This document shows, piece after piece, positions 49,710-63,274 of a stretch of 64,000 bases of DNA. The notes under the pieces were generated by a model. It did not search any database. It saw only the letters and a program-made list of their open reading frames with translations, and had not been told where the DNA came from. The translations under genes were made by a program, and so were the position numbers. Source of the stretch: Balanoglossus misakiensis (Eukaryota > Animalia > Hemichordata); assembly GCA_040954595.2 (NCBI GenBank), contig CM082585.2, positions 5,605,808-5,669,807 of the forward strand, written 5' to 3'. Position 1 is the stretch's first letter; the number at the start of each line of letters is the position of its first letter.

Positions 49710-51439
49710 GCAAAGAACGTTGAGAGGGGAACAAAACTGACACAAAGACACAAATATATTTCAAAATGGATAATTTATCAAAACATAGAATGATATACAA
49801 ATCAGAAAAACTTAACACAAAACTGCCAAGCTTACGATGTTTACATTAGAGAGAAATGTAAGCTCATAGTTGATGTACGTCATTTCATATTCAGTATGGT
49901 CAATTTAATCTGTAATAATGCCATCTGCAAAGACATGTCAACATGATTCGTTTCATCTCAGAAATGTAAAGTTTTACCGGCTTTGCAAAAAACTGCCGTA
50001 TTACTGAATCATTTGTGAAATAATAAACTCTTGACTACATTAATGCTTTACACTCATGATTTCAGAATCCATTCATGACACAGTCACTTGAAAATGGCGC
50101 ATTGTTTACATGCTGATCGCACGACCACCATGTAAACAACACACAATTTTCAAACGACTGTGACTTTTACGGCAATAACATGTTGCCCTCGTATCATGTT
50201 GAATTAATTTCTAGCTACAGTATCAAACAATTGGGTAATCCCATCTACATGAACTGTATTTTCCTTCAATTCAGCTCCATTTTGAAAATAGATAAATATG
50301 TTGCCTAAGTCAGGTCTATCAGACGCCTAATCATGGGTGGAGCTTAATAGAAGGATTAAACAGTATGTTGAAAATGATACGATAGGATTAACTCTCAAAG
50401 TCATTGCCAAGCAAAGCCTGTAACAAGCTGACCAACCCTACGTACACTACAAAGTAAAGAAATCCACAGAATATGTCAAAAGTGTGAATCCTTTCGCAGC
50501 CAAGATTTTTTCCCGCCAAAAATGGCAAAGGAAATATTTTTCATTTTTACAAGATTTTCTAAAATAATAAAAATTAAAGTTTACAAGAATTTGTCTCTTA
50601 TTAGAAATGTTGGTAGAATGTATTCCACTGATAAAAATTTTGGTTTATATTTACAAAATGGATTTCTCGGGCTATGGAATGTGACAAGATAATCTTTCTG
50701 ACAGTTCTGTTGTATCTCATACGTTTGCAAACAGGAAATTGTGTAGCAAAAAAATGAGGTCAGATTCAGGAATATTTATAAACAAGAAGAAGTCCAACAT
50801 ACATGTATATGTAAAAGAGGCAGTCTTTTTAATTTAAAAAAAAAATTAAGTGATTCGTATTGGTATCAAATTTATACATATTTTTCAGACAAATATACAA
50901 ATTTTGGCAACTGGATTCGTTTTTATTGACCACAATGATGTGCCATTTGTAAATTGTTTTCTAGCTCCTACCATAGCATATTTAAATCCCCTTTTTGCGT
51001 AAAATCGAATGATCTTCCCCATTTAAAAATGGTCTCACCCGAAGTGGAGAAATGCTCTGCAAAATGGAATCTTCAAAGGGCTAATTCCTACAACCATTTT
51101 CATAAAGTTGCATCTTCTGCAAGACAGCTTCATGCTAGTCTTGATTTAGCGTACTATACAACTGAAAACATGTACGAAAATTTACAATCCTTGGGAATAA
51201 ATTTGAGTTTACAAATGTGTGGCCACTATGGGTATCCTAAATGCATAGTTGTTCATTGTTAAATTTGTTTAGTTAGATAACCTGCTGCCATTTTTTTTTT
51301 CTCTTTCTTTTGCTAAAAAGCAGTTTTATACAGAAAAGAGTAGTTTCACAGATCGATGAACATGTAACAAGTTTATTCAAAACCTGTCAAAGCTGCTCTT
51401 TGGAAGAAGACAAGACTAAAAGACTCCTTTCAGAGTTGA

Positions 51440-51642
51440 CCTTATAAGGTAAATTCTTCAACGAATCACATTCAGTTACTGCTTTTGTGTCAATGACCAT
51501 ATATGGTCAACAGTGTCACTGAATCGACCATATATGGTCATCATTTTTTTTGGAAAAGCGCCCATATATGGTCAATGACATTGTTTATGCAAATCTCCAA
51601 AGAAATGCAGACATTTGAATATGAAAAGATGACCATATAAGG
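51440..51642. promoter_or_regulatory. Cluster of five CArG-box CC(A/T)6GG motifs
   Basis: CCTTATAAGG 51440; CCATATATGG 51497, 51528, 51562; CCATATAAGG 51633. Confidence 0.5.
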
Positions 51643-51671
51643 CAATATGCTGTTGGTGTTGTGATGTCTGT

Positions 51672-54600
51672 TTATTCAGCTTCTGCCTGAGCGTCGTCGC
51701 CATCGTGTCCTTCCTTCAACTCAGTCCAGTCCTTGTCTTCGTCTTGATTTTCCTCCTTGCCCTTTTCCTCATTCTCTTTTTGCTTCTCTTTTTCCTCCCT
51801 CCTCTTCTGCTGTTTTTCTTTCTGTAAAGAATAAAAATAACAGGCACATCACAACTCTTGCTTTTTAATTCATGCTAGGGGGTCAAATCACATCATAATA
51901 TGTGTAATTGCAGTCAACAGCTCACTGTAATAAAAGTAAATAAATATATATTCACTGTATTTCATGACTTCCTTTGATAAAAAAAATCAGTCTCTGTACA
52001 TACAATACAGAACTCCTACACTTTTCACACATTTTGGTATTTTTTCTGTTTATAAACATCCAAATATTACATAAATCTGCCATCTTGAACTGTGTCGACC
52101 ATATGAGATTTTTATCACTCGCCTAGGTAGCAAAAACTTATTTAAGGTAGTGAGAATTCAGCACAGGCAACACCAGACACGCGTATCACTACAGTGTATC
52201 CACAATTTCCCGATCCCCAAGATATTTGTTTCTTCCACCTACCCTCTGTTTTTCCTTGTCTTGCTGGATCAGTTCCCACCAGTTTCTGGGATACCGGGCG
52301 ATGTTGTCCATGAACTGTTCGTTGTCGTCCCATTCCTGCTGCCATTTGAGGTGATTATATTCCGGTTCCCTGGCCATGATCCTCTTGAGGATTTCCTGGT
52401 TTTCCTTGGTCACTCTCAGCAGTTCTCGTTGTCTCTTTTCACGATTCAAACTAGAGGGGGGGGGGGGGGGGGGGGCGAAATCAAATAATAATTTTAAGTG
52501 AAAAAATGCAAGAACGACATTTGTTTGTGTGTGTGTGTGTGTGTGATACAACAATTACATGACTGTGATTATTGACATAATTTGCAATAATTGCACTTTA
52601 TTGTCAAGAAGCAAAAATATCTAAATGCGTAAATGAAACAAATCAATATTTTTCCTTTTTATTCTGTTTTTCAGCTATGATTCTTGGTTGGGCCTGTCAG
52701 CCACCCAAAAGAAAAGAGCTGGGAACTATTCAACAACAAAGAATCTAAAAACATGTAAATATACCTCTTGTAGTCGTAGACATTTCTGTTGTCGACTCTA
52801 CCGCGCGTTCTCATAATGATTGACATTTTCTCCAGCAGAATTCGGTTATCACGTTCTATCGTTGCCAATCTCTCTTCCTCCAGCTGCAAGGAAATCAAAC
52901 AAACCAATAATTAATTGTATGTAACGTATGCTGTGATTGGTCTCTCTAATATCAAATATGGTCAATCAACCAATTGAACTGTTTGATGTATCTCTGTTGC
53001 CAGTGGTAACCAGCACAAACACTACCCTTTGAAAATTGATATCATACATGATTTTTTCATTAACTGTTAGTTCCCCAAGTAACAATTTCCTCTTTGTTAC
53101 GGTCCACGCACATCTTCATTAAATTTTAATCGTCAATTGATAGAATTTCTGAAAGACGTTAAGCAGTGTACAAAAAACAAAAGCAAACATTAACATTTGA
53201 TTGGAAATTTGAGTAGTGTGAGATAAATTTCAAAAGCACACATAGTTCCAAATTTCACAATTTTTATTTTATTTTCCTAGAGTCAATTAGACAGTCACAT
53301 ACAGTACATTTGAAACTGTGCACAATGTCTATCTGTTTGGAAATACTGGAATTTTCTGTCAGCGTACAAATATTAAAAAAACCTACAATCACAAATTAAT
53401 GAAATACTATTACTAATAATGAGATGTGTAGAGAGCTGGGTTGCTACTATGATATAATGTTATCATTGCTTAGAAAATTAATTCTTCTCATTAATCACCT
53501 TTCTCTAATTTATAATTAGCTGCATAAAACGTTGAACGCACAGGAAAAAATGCTGAAATTTTTTAAGAAGGAAGTTACTGAACATTTCAATTCTAGATAC
53601 CATGGAATGTTCTCTGGCCAGCCTTTCTTTCTAAACAACACCGGCAAGCCCAGAAAACTCCACTAAAACGATTGTGTAATCATGGCAACATCTGCTTTCC
53701 CTTGTAAGTATTTGATACAATATTATCATTTTTCATGATCATACACTCGCCACATATAAAACACACCACCATTAAATTGCAGATTTCAAGTGACATTTAA
53801 AACCCAGGTTTGACTTTTCTATTATTAGACAATAATCAGATTCTTCGAGACACCGGCTTAATAATTAATTGGGGTTGGTTGTCATGGTAACCAAGGTATG
53901 ACCGAGCGTCGCCGAATCACCACAAAGGAAGAATGGTGGCCAAGAATCTTTTAACTGTCATATTTCATTTGGGGTAATGTGACCAAATGTGTACATAGGA
54001 CAATTAATCAAAGCCAATCATAGCCTTCCTGCGTACTACAATGTACTAGTATAACAGTGATTCAGTTTGACTGTGATGTTTTTTTTTTTCACTGTCGGGC
54101 GCACTCAGGTTTCAAGTTACGCACACACTGCAAAGTACGCAATCAGTATACATCTGATTTAAAATCTCCTGGTGATCAATCACCGTGGCAACCCCATTCC
54201 CGATTTTTTTTTTCCTTCTTCGATACAGTGAATTCCAAACGTTCTGTTCTCAAAGCCAGAGTACTATAAACCTCTCCCCACTTCTCCAGCTTTGCACAGC
54301 AAAAGAATTCATCCACATGGCCGCTATAATAAATTCTCAAGGGATTCTAATTGCCTGTTATCGCAGTAATGGCTCGTGCAGTTCAGGTCTTTGTACATTT
54401 CACCTACACAGTAGCTAACATTTTACGAAAAAAAGACACACACACACACACAGGCGCCAGGCAAAGAAAAGAAAGGCAATTTTCAATTTCCAATTCCCAA
54501 GACCGTTCACACCTAGTACATGTACAGTATTTTACTCATATCCCATTTCCTTGCTCGGCCGTTAAAATATGTGTCAGTCCCGTGGGGAGTTTGACAGAAG

Positions 54601-57600
54601 CAATCAAAATGTGAAAATGCGACACAAATTGTTCTGGGGGAACAGCATAGTATTCGTAAATTGATATTTCCTAAAGTGAGCACGTCGACAACTTAACATA
54701 AACCGTTTCATTTCTGACACAATTTATGAAATGAAAAAAATATCCTTAGCGCAGTCACATGAACTGGCAATTTTAAGACTATGAAAGGACACCTGAGCAA
54801 ATACATTTCCGCCAGTTTATTGATAATCTAAACAGACACCTGGCACAAATGCTAAGAAAACATTTGTTTCTGATCTATAAAAATAATGGCTTTGTGATAA
54901 AAGTTCCCCAATCGATTATGTATCACCTGTAATGTCCAATAAAATGACTGCAGACACATTTCTAAACTCATGCAAAGAATATAATCTTGGGAGATATTTG
55001 TGACTCTCCAACCTACAGCCAAGACAGCAAATTTCAGGCCAGGTCCGAGATGAAATAGTATTTGAAATTCTGAAAAAATGCTAGCAAAACATTATCAGTT
55101 ATACAATGTGCTGACTGTGGTAGGTAATATATTATATTACAATTAATTTAACTAGTTTACGGGGTAAATATAAAAATCTGATAATTTATCAGTGAAAAAA
55201 ATGATTTCTTATGCTCTAAATCCTTTAATGTAACCTTGAGATTGAAAGCAGGGACATGTTTACAATTTGTTATTCAGTATTTGGTTGGCTAATCTCGTCT
55301 GATTTAAATTCAAATTGTCATTCAAATAATGGTTATTTGCAACTATAGGCTGATCAGCACAGGACCGAACATAATTATAAACACCACAATATCGTGTTGT
55401 TCTTTACACGCTGTTTTAAAAATCAAATTAAGAGTTCGTCCGAGCAGATCAGTCTGTGAACACACTATCTGATCACATTACACGAGATTGATCCGTTTTT
55501 CTTCATCTGACCTTTCTACGACTTCTTATATAAAAGATGACACAGCGTGACAAATGTTTGAAATGTATTCGAGTCAATGGCACGTTGCCATGGCAACATC
55601 CTTCCACATATGAAAACAATGAATATATTTTTTCTCATTGTGTAGGTGAAATATCTGTGCTTGGCGGCCAGTTTCAGTAGAATCTTATTTTTTTCATTCC
55701 ACCTGGAATGTGATAAAATTTTAGTAGAATCTAATTTTTTTCATGCCACCTGGAATGTGGTAAAATTTCAGAAAACGTGGAACATGTATTTAATACATGT
55801 TTTCACTTATAAATGTTGGTATTACCCTCATTTATGGGTGTTTTCAGTGATCGCGACACTGAGATATGGGGGTGACTGGGTTACAGTCAGTGCATGTGAC
55901 CTATCACCTTCCCTGCAAACAAACAACCCCAATCAGAATTGCTGTCGGAGTAGCCTGGCTCTGAAAATTTCATTTTCCCAGTTCTTTATACCACATACTT
56001 CCATGAAAACAATACCACTGAGTCTGATCATGCATTAGAATGTATTGTGTGTGTTTACATGAACATGCTCATGCAATCCTGGAAAAAAATCATCACAGAA
56101 TTCAGTCTTTGCACAGAAACCTTGTTTATTTGGACAGCACATAGAAACAAGTGTACTTAGAAGCACTGCAGTGCTATTGTGAAAACCACAGTAATTTAGA
56201 CAGTGGAACTGACTCAACATTGTATGTCTAACTGACTGTGACTATATACTGGATGCCCTTTGTGAACTGCCAAATGAATGACAATTACAGGAGCTGAATT
56301 GGAACACACATGTTACGTGTTCATTTCGTTGTGACAATGAAATGGACATGGACTGCTGATCAGGACTGAATAGTGAACCCAGCAATGCACTGAATGCACC
56401 AAAAATTTCGCTTGAAAGAGCTCACAGCATTTACATACATGTACACCAACACGTTGCCCATTTCTTGGTGTAAGGTTTCAATCGAGTTGCATTTGGTGCT
56501 TATTTCATGAAACTGTAGATTTTGAAATGGCAAGCACAGGGAGGTTGGTATGAATCTGCCTGTCTTTGTCAACAGAAATTTAAACACCCCCATTTTCAGA
56601 GGAAATCGTGTTGGCTAAATGAGTCTATAAACCTTCCACAGAGGCAAATGGGGGTGGAAGGGTGGGTCCCGTGAAGGAGGGGGGGGGGGGGGGCTGAAAT
56701 TGTTGAGCAGAAACAGGTTTTCAGTTTGGATATGTCTTACTGTATAAAAATAAAAACCAAATAAACACAGATCACTGCTACTATAGCGTGTAAACAGAAA
56801 ACAATTTCCGACTCGCTTTGTTCAAATCTGTTGAAAGACTTTCCAATGCTCAGGACTTACCTGTAGTTTTTTAAGTTTTAAGTGCAGATGTACATATGTC
56901 TTAGGTGCCTTTGTGTCAACCATAGGCTGGGCTTCTTTCACCTAAGAAATGAGAAATACAAAATAATTAAACTCTAAAGACCTCAACAAAAATACAGATT
57001 TGCATCCAATTTTAACAAACAGCCCCAGACAAAAAAGGTATTTTCGCAAGCTCTCTTGGTTATATTTTCGTAAGTTTCTCTTTAGCCAATTAATGCTTCC
57101 TTTCAGCGATTTTATTAAAATCTTAATAAAACGTGACCTGTGAAATGCCAAGCACAATTACAGGTGTTGCAAACCCAAGCGACGGAAATGGTCGAACGCT
57201 ATGTTCATTTCTTTTCAATAATGACTCAATTGTTTGGCTGGTTAAATCTAAAATTTATATCAAATATGCCTTCCGCCGCTGGTTGTCGTGTAAATGTCGA
57301 CAAACATTTCTCAACACCTTGGAATGAAAACAATTCAGTTCACAGTTCTCCCAGGGCAGTTCAGTGCTGTAGTGAGTTCCACCATGTTGTCTTAAAGTTG
57401 GATGGAATTGGTTGCTACATATCATAGTATTGTTTTAAAAATATTAAATCGGTCACTATAGGGATTACATTGAGTGATAGTGAAAGTGATGGTGAGTGAT
57501 GGTGTATATACATATATGTATTTAATATACATGTACGTATATCGTCAAATTAACCAAAAATGTTATTACAATTTACATGGCCTGTGTCGTTTGTCTAATT

Positions 57601-58198
57601 TCTTTGACAACAAATGCCATTATAAACACCGATAAACAGTGCAGACCACAATGGTGAGGTCGATTGGGCTTTTGCGGAACCTAGCTTGAATAATTGTCAA
57701 ATGCCGATGAATTTCGGATAAATTCAGCGGCGAGATGATATTGTTTTGGACAGTGTGAACATCGAGATCGCTCAACAACACCATGCACCACGCCATATTG
57801 AAAGCGAAGAACGGAATGAACATTGAACATTTAAAAACCGAGCCCACTCCCATGTCAAACAGTTCAGTCGTTGTCTTTTTACAGTTCGCCAGGAAGACCG
57901 ATCCTCGATTCCGAAATCAGTAACGACGCCAACACCGAAACCAGTGAATTGCGAGGATTTTCAAGGGTGTCTCTGGTATTTAATATTTCCGGCTTCTGGT
58001 TAATTACTTGCGAAGCCATGCGTTCGCATAGCGACGCGTGTGTGTCGGGCGTCGCGCGTTGTTTGTTGATGTTCAACCACTAAGCATGATTGAGCAATTA
58101 CTCACCTTCTGCCGATGTTCATCGTAGTATTTCCGATCCCACCTCTCTTGGAGGATCCTACTTTGGCAGGGAAGGATTGACTGGTAAGCACGGTGCAT
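51672..58198 (-). CDS. CFAP97D2: CFAP97-domain (KIAA1430/Hemingway family) protein, CFAP97D2-like, about 216 aa; exons 58198-58106, 56941-56861, 52883-52765, 52450-52243, 51821-51672
   Basis: Spliced translation MHRAYQSILPCQSRILQERWDRKYYDEHRQK|VKEAQPMVDTKAPKTYVHLHLKLKKLQ|LEEERLATIERDNRILLEKMSIIMRTRGRVDNRN...SLNREKRQRELLRVTKENQEILKRI...; GT-AG introns, phase-consistent, 651 nt. Confidence 0.9.
53878..53891. promoter_or_regulatory. RFX X-box
   Basis: GTTGTCATGGTAAC in intron 2 of the CFAP97D2-like gene. Confidence 0.55.
55584..55597. promoter_or_regulatory. RFX X-box, perfect palindrome
   Basis: GTTGCCATGGCAAC in intron 2 of the CFAP97D2-like gene. Confidence 0.65.
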
Positions 58199-61100
58199 CT
58201 TTCAGTGGAAACTTCCGTAGAAATGCGCCCCAAAACGGTAAATCTTGACGTAACGACACCGTCCGTCTTTCTGCTTTCTTTACGTTGTCAATTACGAGCA
58301 GCTGGAAGCGCGCATAATCGGCGATTGACCCGGTTTGTTTGATCATGTGACTTTTATCACCATGACGATCAAAGCGCGTCGAGTGATTCCATTATTTCAA
58401 TGTGGGGGAGGGGAGAAAGTCAGACAATGGTACACGTATCAAAAATCACAATGGAATTTGGTTGTTTGTCAATATGATATTATGAAAATGTTACATAGAC
58501 GTGATGTGTGGCTGTGTATTATGCGCCCTTTAAAATGTTAAAGTTCTGTAGGATATTATTAGGGTGCACCCCTTCAGAAATAGTTGCCGTACAACTTACC
58601 AGACTGATGCAAGGGGGCGCACTCCATGGTAAAAACTTTCAGCAAGCCAGCATGGAACGCCGCAGAAACTGAAGTGAAATGCTTTACTGCAATACAAATG
58701 TACGAGTAAAGAATTTCAGATCTCTTCAGGAGCACCAATTCAAAACAAGGAGATATATATGAGGAAATTTGTGTCATTGTTCGTTACAAAAGAAACTGGA
58801 TGAATTTGTGATTTTCGGAACATAACATGATTTTCGTCAGTTATGTTAACTTCCTTTCAAGTTCACATAAAGTGTTTTTTTTTTCTTCCCAGCTTAGCTA
58901 CGTTGTTCACCAACAACGGAATTTGAATTCCTGAAAGGCGGGAATTGTTCACATCCATAAGCAAATGCACCCTTTGCCCGATCTATTTTGCATAATTCCA
59001 TCTAGAACATAAATGTTATGTGTTTGACCTTCTGCAGCGTCAGTCATGGATATCTCCGTGTATGGTTTTCTTTCGTTTGGACGAAGGTAATGCGAAAACT
59101 CTCATTGCGACGGTGGGGGCGCGATTTCGATGGCTCCCGCATGCAGCATCAAAACACTGTAAGAATCTGTATTTGAACGATGTGTATTTTGCACAAAGTG
59201 GCGATGAGAAAAAAATTAACCGTTGACATGTAACGTTATCCCAATAAATTTAGCGCGGATTGGAGTGAGAACCTAGGAGGCATAACAATTTTCGGGTTAC
59301 CGGTATTTAATTTCCAGTTGCACGACTTTCGGTATGTTGGCTTTTTTCAACTACTGCTTCAGCAATTTTTTATTCGATTGCCAGTCCACCTTTTTATCTT
59401 CAAGGCATTGCGGAAGATTTTTCCCCTCAGCACCATGATCTCGCCTGCCAACGATTTCCACCCCCTAAAAAATTAAAACTCCACCCATCACCTCAGAAAT
59501 CGAGTGGTTCTCCCCTTACCGCGTCATGATTCACCCAGATTCAGGATTTCAACGACACCAGGAAATATAGTGGTGTTTGGGACTTTGGGTCCGATCGCAG
59601 ACATCTACTTCAGTCAGTTATTTGACGTAGATGGTTCCGAAAGTGAATGCGTGTGTGCGTGCGCGCGCGCGTGTGTGTGTGCTACTTTTTTAATAAACAA
59701 GAGCACGTGCGATTGCGACGACCCCCGACTACTCGTGATGCGGTGCTCCCGTGTCAAGGCTGCTGACGCTGTACGGCGAGGATTTACAAAAGCTTGTACA
59801 CATGTACTGAGGTTTCCGTATCAGAGTCGGGAGAGGCTGACATATGTATCACATGTAACTACATGTGCACCGTCTGTTGATAAAAGTCAAGGTTGGTGGT
59901 GGTAAGCTGTGTCCGGGCTATCAGTCCCCGCGCCCCGAAGCCCTATCTAGCATTTATCGATGACTGAACAAGGCCGCACGTATCTCTCTCTTTGAATTTC
60001 CTCGCTGTTGCGGTTGTTCGAACAAGAAAAAAATGTCCCATGGAGTTTACATTGTAGTTTGCACAGTCATGTCATTGAAGATCTGCGCAGGCCGAGATAT
60101 TTAACTATAACTTGACCTCGCAGAAATTACAATGCGCATGTTTTCCTTGCCCACGGTGACGTCATACTTCGTAGAACCCGTTTATAGTGAACATTTCAAC
60201 AGGACATTCCATAACTGACTTTACCGTGACTGTCAGTTTTCTGCACGTCCACTACCCTATTTACAAATTTGCACCATTAACATTTCCATTGTTCAATTTT
60301 CACACCCAACCCTTCTTTTGTTTTCTGATGCACCTGGTCCTGCACATATTTTCTACTTTGAATACCCCACGATTCTCTGTTTCTTTGTTCATTCCACGTG
60401 TGCATCTGATGAAGGGGACTACATGTTCCCGAAAGCTCATGCTGTAGTTTCAACTCGTTGATCACAGAGTGCTACATAACTTTAATTCATATTGTACTGA
60501 AGATCAACACGGCAATACTCCTATTCATAGAACAGGATTCCCGTGAAAATTTATTTTTAATAACAACATTTGAACAGAGAAGGGGGACACCAGATCCCAA
60601 AGTAAATGAGGGAAAGGAGGGAGGGGGGAGGCGCACAACTAGAGCGGGTTTTGAGCCAATGACGTCACAGTATGCACGACAACTTGAAAGCCTACAGAAT
60701 ACCAAATTTATCGACATTTTGGAATTATATACGCGAGAAGAAACTGGTCTAAATGCTGACGACAAATTAAACTAAAATGCAACAGACATGTGGAGTGACC
60801 GCGTTATTTTTCATAGCCTCCGAAAACCAGTTCACACTAGTGCAAGGTATGACGATGATTTATGTTAATTGGGAAATGTTGATTGACAGCTTTCTTTTGT
60901 TATAGATAAGAGCGACCTGGATTGCGTGCGTAATTTATTAAACGACCTAGTTTTGTTTTAAAGACACGGTCACTTTTGTGGAGTGACTGTCACAAATTTA
61001 TCAAAGTACGGTCAGTTCTTGCCTATCTCAATAGTTATGACGTCACAAGAAGTTAAGTTGTGTGTATGGGGGGGGGGGCAGAAAATGCCGGAATTTGTAT

Positions 61101-63057
61101 CGTTTTTTTTCTTCTTCAAATAATAAGCGATTCCCCTGTAGAATGTCGTGAATTATGGGCTGTGATTTAACATGGGAATCAGGGCTAAATGGATATCCAC
61201 GCGAGTGTCATGTCTCCCTTCGAAGGGTAGAACACGTTCTCGGGTGATGCCGGGTGTGTTGGGTGATGATGGTTGATGAAGAGACGGGGGAACACGTGTG
61301 GAGTGTAGATTTAAACGCCGATGACTTTATTTAGAAAGGCCAGCCTTGGACATACAGGACAAGCCTAGCCTGCAGTCCCGGTAGGACCAGCGGAACGACC
61401 GCACTCCAAAAATCTCGAACTGAACTAACTTAAATCCCCCAGATACAGAATCATTTTAAAACATATCAAACTGCCCGCGTGGGGTCTGTACAAAAAAACT
61501 ATTGTTCTTCGCCCAAGCTGTGAACAAGACAAAGACAACGAACGCGCATGCTACATGTTTGCATGTTAAAAATTAAAATGCAAAAAATATTCTTATCGCT
61601 TTTATTCGACATTGGTACGACTGTTAATATTAATGTGGAGTTGTCAATTTTAATCCCCTTCTCCCAGATTTTGTGACATAGGAATGTTTCTATCCAATTT
61701 TCTTCCAGCTCACACAACTTATAATGTTGCTAAACCCTGACATAGACCCTGGAGAAATATTTCTCCAGAGGGTCTATGGCTAAACGTGCTGATTATCACC
61801 AATACACTCCCCCAGGGCCGGGTGGCCATTTACACGGAGCTGTCTCTCTGCTCCATAAATATCTAGCCACAGACACCCTTACCTTCATCGTTTGCTCAGG
61901 GCCACGTGGGCGTGTGCTCTGTGAATGGTAAAAGGTGAATGACTTCTTGTCCCACGCTTGGCGTAAAATTCCGGCCCCGCTTGATTCCGCAAAAAAGTGT
62001 GGCGTAACAACGGCTGCAGACAAAGAGAACTCAGCCCGTCGTCTGCGGGCCAATTCTCTTGCCAGCGACTGGTCTAATATTTATGCGAAACGGCACAGAA
62101 CCAGATCTGTGTTTTTAATATTTTTAACTTAACGTGGATTTACTTTTCGCCTCAAACTTAAATCGTATCATCACGGTCCCTCCACGCAACATGGTGCATC
62201 TGCGCAGCCGCATTCGAATCCAAAAGCTAAAGTTACATGGTAGATTTGCCGACACTTTAGTGTTTTGAACGCTGGGTTGAAACAAAAGCATTTTATTTCA
62301 ATACGGGGGGGGGGGGGGGGGGGCTTGATTATAGCGGGGTGAAGGATTTGGGTATTTGGGTACGTATGGCATTGCAGAAGATGTTTTTCTCCTCTGCACC
62401 ATCTGCCAACAATATTGTCTCTCCAAACATCTTCCATACGCCCCTATATATTAAATGGTTCTCCCCTAATTGTAAATTGTTCATGGTGTTAAAAAAAAAA
62501 AACCGAATTGTGCTTTCAGATTATTGATTGACAACTTTATAACATGTTTGGCAACTTTAACTTTGACTACAAATACAAGGCCCCCGATGACGCACCAATA
62601 CAGTTTGAAAGAATTCAGCGGCTCTGAAAAGTGATGTGTGAAAGTCGTGCATGTCCATGAATGTGCCGTGATTTGCATTGTTCGATGTTTTTTGGCGGTC
62701 AGAGCGTTATCGCCAGGACGAGATCATGTCGTCGAGCAAACACTAAGTATTCGAAAAATGACCCACAAAAAACACAGGAGAGCCCATCTCGCGTGATCTC
62801 TTTTCCCGCGGATGCAAAGAAAAGGACGAATCGAAATGTTATCTCACGTGAGAACAGGCCAGGCAAATTGACGCCTCCTGAGCGACCGCGACACATTCAC
62901 CGCACACGTGACGTAGGGCCGTTCACACTTCCAGTCTGCACTGTCGTCTGCGCACCAACATTCGCTGTTCGGACACTCCCCAGTAACAAGCTCCGCGTCG
63001 ACTTGACCAGTCTCCGATCCAAGACAAGCCGTCGAATTCCGTTTAGAATCTAACAAT

Positions 63058-63274
63058 ATGGCAGACACCGACAGAAAGTTTCCTCTCGTCGAGCCGTACC
63101 GGGTGAAGGTGGTGGAACGGACGAAGATCACCACTCGCGAGCAGAGGATGAAAATTCTGCAAGATGTGGACTTCAACGTTTTCGCCATCAAGGGCGAGGA
63201 CATTCTCATCGATCTGCTCACCGATTCTGGAACTGGCGCCATGAGCGCTGAACAGTGGGGCATGCTGATGAGAG
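63058..63274 (+). CDS. tnaA: Tryptophanase / tyrosine phenol-lyase family beta-eliminating PLP lyase, first coding exon (gene continues beyond the window)
   Basis: MADTDRKFPLVEPYRVKVVERTKITTREQRMKILQDVDFNVFAIKGEDILIDLLTDSGTGAMSAEQWGMLMRG matches the TnaA/TPL N-terminus (EPFRI...IDLLTDSGT.A...MMRGDEAY). Similarity stops at AGAG|GTAGGA (donor at 63275), followed by AT-rich sequence. TnaA versus TPL cannot be decided from this exon. Confidence 0.9.

Noticed and set aside
59262-59518. Possible element with GAGTGAGAACC / GGTTCTCCCC ends
   Set aside because: Inverted ends are short and imperfect with no TSD; not supportable from this window.
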